This document shows, piece after piece, positions 61,753 through 64,000 of a stretch of 64,000 nt of DNA. Source of the DNA: Myxococcota bacterium (GTDB lineage: Bacteria > Myxococcota_A > Bradymonadia > UBA7976 > UBA1532); the NCBI GenBank assembly GCA_036337435.1, contig JAYZEG010000058.1, positions 192,001-256,000 of the forward strand, read 5' to 3'. The position numbers and the translations under genes are program-made. The notes beneath the pieces are model-generated. The model saw only the letters and a list, made by a program, of their open reading frames with translations. It ran no database searches and was not told the origin of the DNA. Every line of letters begins with the position of its first letter. Positions within the stretch are counted from its first letter, which is position 1.

Positions 61753-63972
61753 ATGCGCATATTTTGGATCATTTCTATTGTCGTTGGCCTTGGGCTGCTG
61801 CTTGCATCACAGATGATCAACACACCCGATCAGGAAAAAATCCATGAACCTTTGGCCGACAAGGCGAGCGTTGAAAACCCACCACCGCGCCCACCGCCCC
61901 CACCGCCCCCACCAGACCCTTTGAGGCCCCAACCGGATCTACCAGAGGCGGATCGGATGACGGTTTTCATCAAGGGTGAAGAGCGGATTGTTGACAGGCG
62001 AGCGGCCATCGAGGCTGGCTTCACCGAGATTGAACTCGGTGATGATTGGACGCCGGTTATTTTCGAAGAGAAGCGGGATGAATCCGGGCGTCTTCTCCTG
62101 AACAGATACAGAAAAACATTTCTGGACCTTGCTGATGACAAGACGGACGGTGATGGCCGCCCTCTCAAACGAAAAGAGCGCAATTACCTCGAAGTATTTG
62201 GCATTCCTCCGAGTATGAAAATAATGCGACAGCGGTTCTTGAAGGATGACCAAAGCACCTGCTTAAAAGAGATTGATTATGACCTCATCTCAAGTCTTAA
62301 AAATCTCACATACCGGCGCGAGAAAAGAGAGCAACGACATTTGGGGCAAATGAGGCGGTATCGGAAGCAATTCAAAAAGCTGATGAAGAAGGCCCAAGTC
62401 AGCTCGCTTATCGATTTCAAGCCCAAGACAAAAGAACTGAAGCGCAAGCGTAAGAAACTTCTGGCTCACCAGAAGGAAATGCGTGTGCTCGCAGAGATCG
62501 AAAAGCGTCTTGGTTGTGATGGCCATATGCACAAACGTTACCGTCACAAGAAGGGACGGTTAGACCAAGGTTTGCGAAATGCGGTTCGGCGCTTTCAGAG
62601 AAAGCATAAGATTTATGAGCGTACGCGTCTCGCGAAGAAAACCATGAAGATGATGGCCACGCCCCCGGCCGAGACCAATCATTTGGCCTTAGTTCGCGTG
62701 CTGCAAGAACGTATCATCAGCGCGACCGGAATTTTAGAGGACGGCTCGGTTCAGGAGAGAATGCCGAAAAATTCAACATTTATCGGAATGGATGGACAGT
62801 CTCGGCCCATCCGCAATTTAGTCGACGAATTTACAAAAACGCTCTTGTCTGAGATCGCGATCGACACACCTCAGAAGGCCGTTGGATTTTTCAAGTCACG
62901 GAATAGCGATCGATTTCAATCCTATCGAGTTGGGATTAAGTTTCCGCCCCTCCCTGAATATTATGGGTCCCAAATGGACCTTAAATTGGAGATCGATCGA
63001 GGGACCGTCTGGTACGAGATTCCATTCACAGAATCAGGACGTGCTCGATACCAACGTCGCAAGAAAATGCCTCGAATGACTCTGTATACCCGATACAAGG
63101 ATCAGTCTATCCCGCTGATTAACTGGCCGACCACAATCGGAGGTTGGCGAGAAGAGCTCGGTCCGGATGGATATGTTTACTTAAAGTATAAGAATTCAGA
63201 CGTTGGTGACCGCGTGATTCGCAAGATCGTAGCCGGTCCGACATGGATTCCACCAAAGACAGAGCCCCTCAGCGCGCTGGTCAAGCGTCGACGGGTCAAT
63301 GGATTGACTCAAAATACCGTTAACTATGACGCCATGGGACCTGGTTATTTGTCTGCATATGGGCTGGTTGCCGGATATTTTGTGATCCCGGGCAAAAATG
63401 GTCGCCCCGATCGAGACCTGATGATTCGAGCCCACGGCTCTTCTAATTATATGTCGATATTCAGCGAGTCGAAATATTCCCATGGCTGTCACCGATTGAT
63501 GAATCATCATGCGGTCAGGCTCTATGGCTTCATGCTTAAACATCGCAACCACACGGTCCATGGCGATCACCCGAGCTCATTTAAGAGACAATTTTTGTAT
63601 AACGATGAAGTCTATCGCATCCATGTTCCGTCACGAGGCTTTCGCTATGTGATGGATCCACCCGTTCCGGTGACGGTTTTACGCGGTCAAATTTACGGTA
63701 AGCAGAAGCGGCGCATCGAGGGTCTGGTTAAAATTCCTGGCAAACGCTATCCCGGTCCAAAGGAAGAGATCGACGAGGATGAAGATCGACCCGATGACCA
63801 GAAAAAAGAAGCACCGTCCTCCGACAAAGGCGGTACACCCATCAAGATTGTCGGGCCGCCAAAGACGGTTCCCTCGGAAAGTAAGTCGGTGGTAGAAAAG
63901 GTCGCAAAGCCCGACACCAGCACTGCCCCTGAGACCAAGACTAAGCCATCCAAAGGAGCCTCGAAACAATGA
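61753..63972 (+). CDS. L,D-transpeptidase (YkuD) family protein with PG-binding-like segment
   Basis: N-terminal TM, a poly-Pro linker, NAVRRFQRKH (PG_binding_1-like) and catalytic motif HGS...SHGCHRL. Confidence 0.8.
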   Translation: MRIFWIISIVVGLGLLLASQMINTPDQEKIHEPLADKASVENPPPRPPPPPPPPDPLRPQPDLPEADRMTVFIKGEERIVDRRAAIEAGFTEIELGDDWTPVIFEEKRDESGRLLLNRYRKTFLDLADDKTDGDGRPLKRKERNYLEVFGIPPSMKIMRQRFLKDDQSTCLKEIDYDLISSLKNLTYRREKREQRHLGQMRRYRKQFKKLMKKAQVSSLIDFKPKTKELKRKRKKLLAHQKEMRVLAEIEKRLGCDGHMHKRYRHKKGRLDQGLRNAVRRFQRKHKIYERTRLAKKTMKMMATPPAETNHLALVRVLQERIISATGILEDGSVQERMPKNSTFIGMDGQSRPIRNLVDEFTKTLLSEIAIDTPQKAVGFFKSRNSDRFQSYRVGIKFPPLPEYYGSQMDLKLEIDRGTVWYEIPFTESGRARYQRRKKMPRMTLYTRYKDQSIPLINWPTTIGGWREELGPDGYVYLKYKNSDVGDRVIRKIVAGPTWIPPKTEPLSALVKRRRVNGLTQNTVNYDAMGPGYLSAYGLVAGYFVIPGKNGRPDRDLMIRAHGSSNYMSIFSESKYSHGCHRLMNHHAVRLYGFMLKHRNHTVHGDHPSSFKRQFLYNDEVYRIHVPSRGFRYVMDPPVPVTVLRGQIYGKQKRRIEGLVKIPGKRYPGPKEEIDEDEDRPDDQKKEAPSSDKGGTPIKIVGPPKTVPSESKSVVEKVAKPDTSTAPETKTKPSKGASKQ

Positions 63973-64000
63973 GATATTTCATCATTTTTGGCATTGGTCT
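63969..64000 (+). CDS. Probable start of the next gene (truncated by the window end)
   Basis: ATGA overlap with the upstream stop. MRYFIIFGIG looks like the start of a signal peptide. Confidence 0.4.
   Translation, partial: MRYFIIFGIG

Noticed and set aside
61878..61920. C-rich repeat as a DNA repeat or G-quadruplex element
   Set aside because: It is fully explained by the poly-proline linker of the L,D-transpeptidase.
1..64000. CRISPR arrays, tRNA/rRNA, IS elements, integrases, prophage
   Set aside because: No spaced direct repeats, cloverleafs, or transposase/integrase/phage motifs were seen. Intergenic gaps are short, though a scan with dedicated tools was not possible.

Overview
This is a gene-dense core-genome window of about 50% GC (estimated by eye). 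It is probably from a Myxococcota/Bradymonadia-like deltaproteobacterium, inferred from MYXO-CTERM-type sorting tails, Cys-rich lipoproteins and an FHA-GGDEF protein. It holds about 56 CDS, mostly housekeeping: uvrD-like, rlmH-rsfS-proA, pal-cpoB, folK, larB-larC-rarA, rho-rpmE-prfA, proB, metK-ahcY, dnaN-recF-murA, pyrD, dacB, hisS, secA-argJ, xdhC-mocA, tal, ugd, lysC and cysE. I saw no tRNA, rRNA, CRISPR array or mobile element. Highlights: (1) A 1293-aa putative polyprotein (23698-27579) built as lipoprotein signal, BPI/LBP(TULIP)-like domain, an INTERNAL MYXO-CTERM-like tail, a second lipoprotein signal, Cys-rich repeats and a propeller-like domain. A myxosortase-like CPBP protease is encoded about 1.5 kb upstream. 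(2) A likely chromosomal origin upstream of dnaN (DnaA-trio-like run, DnaA boxes, IHF site, AT-rich palindrome) with no adjacent dnaA. (3) Several apparent pseudoenzymes: a DUF4912-GH57 fusion, FHA-'RADEF' and SIR2-like-TPR. (4) An unexplained structured-RNA candidate between tal and xdhC. All family calls come from motif recognition by eye; no searches were run.
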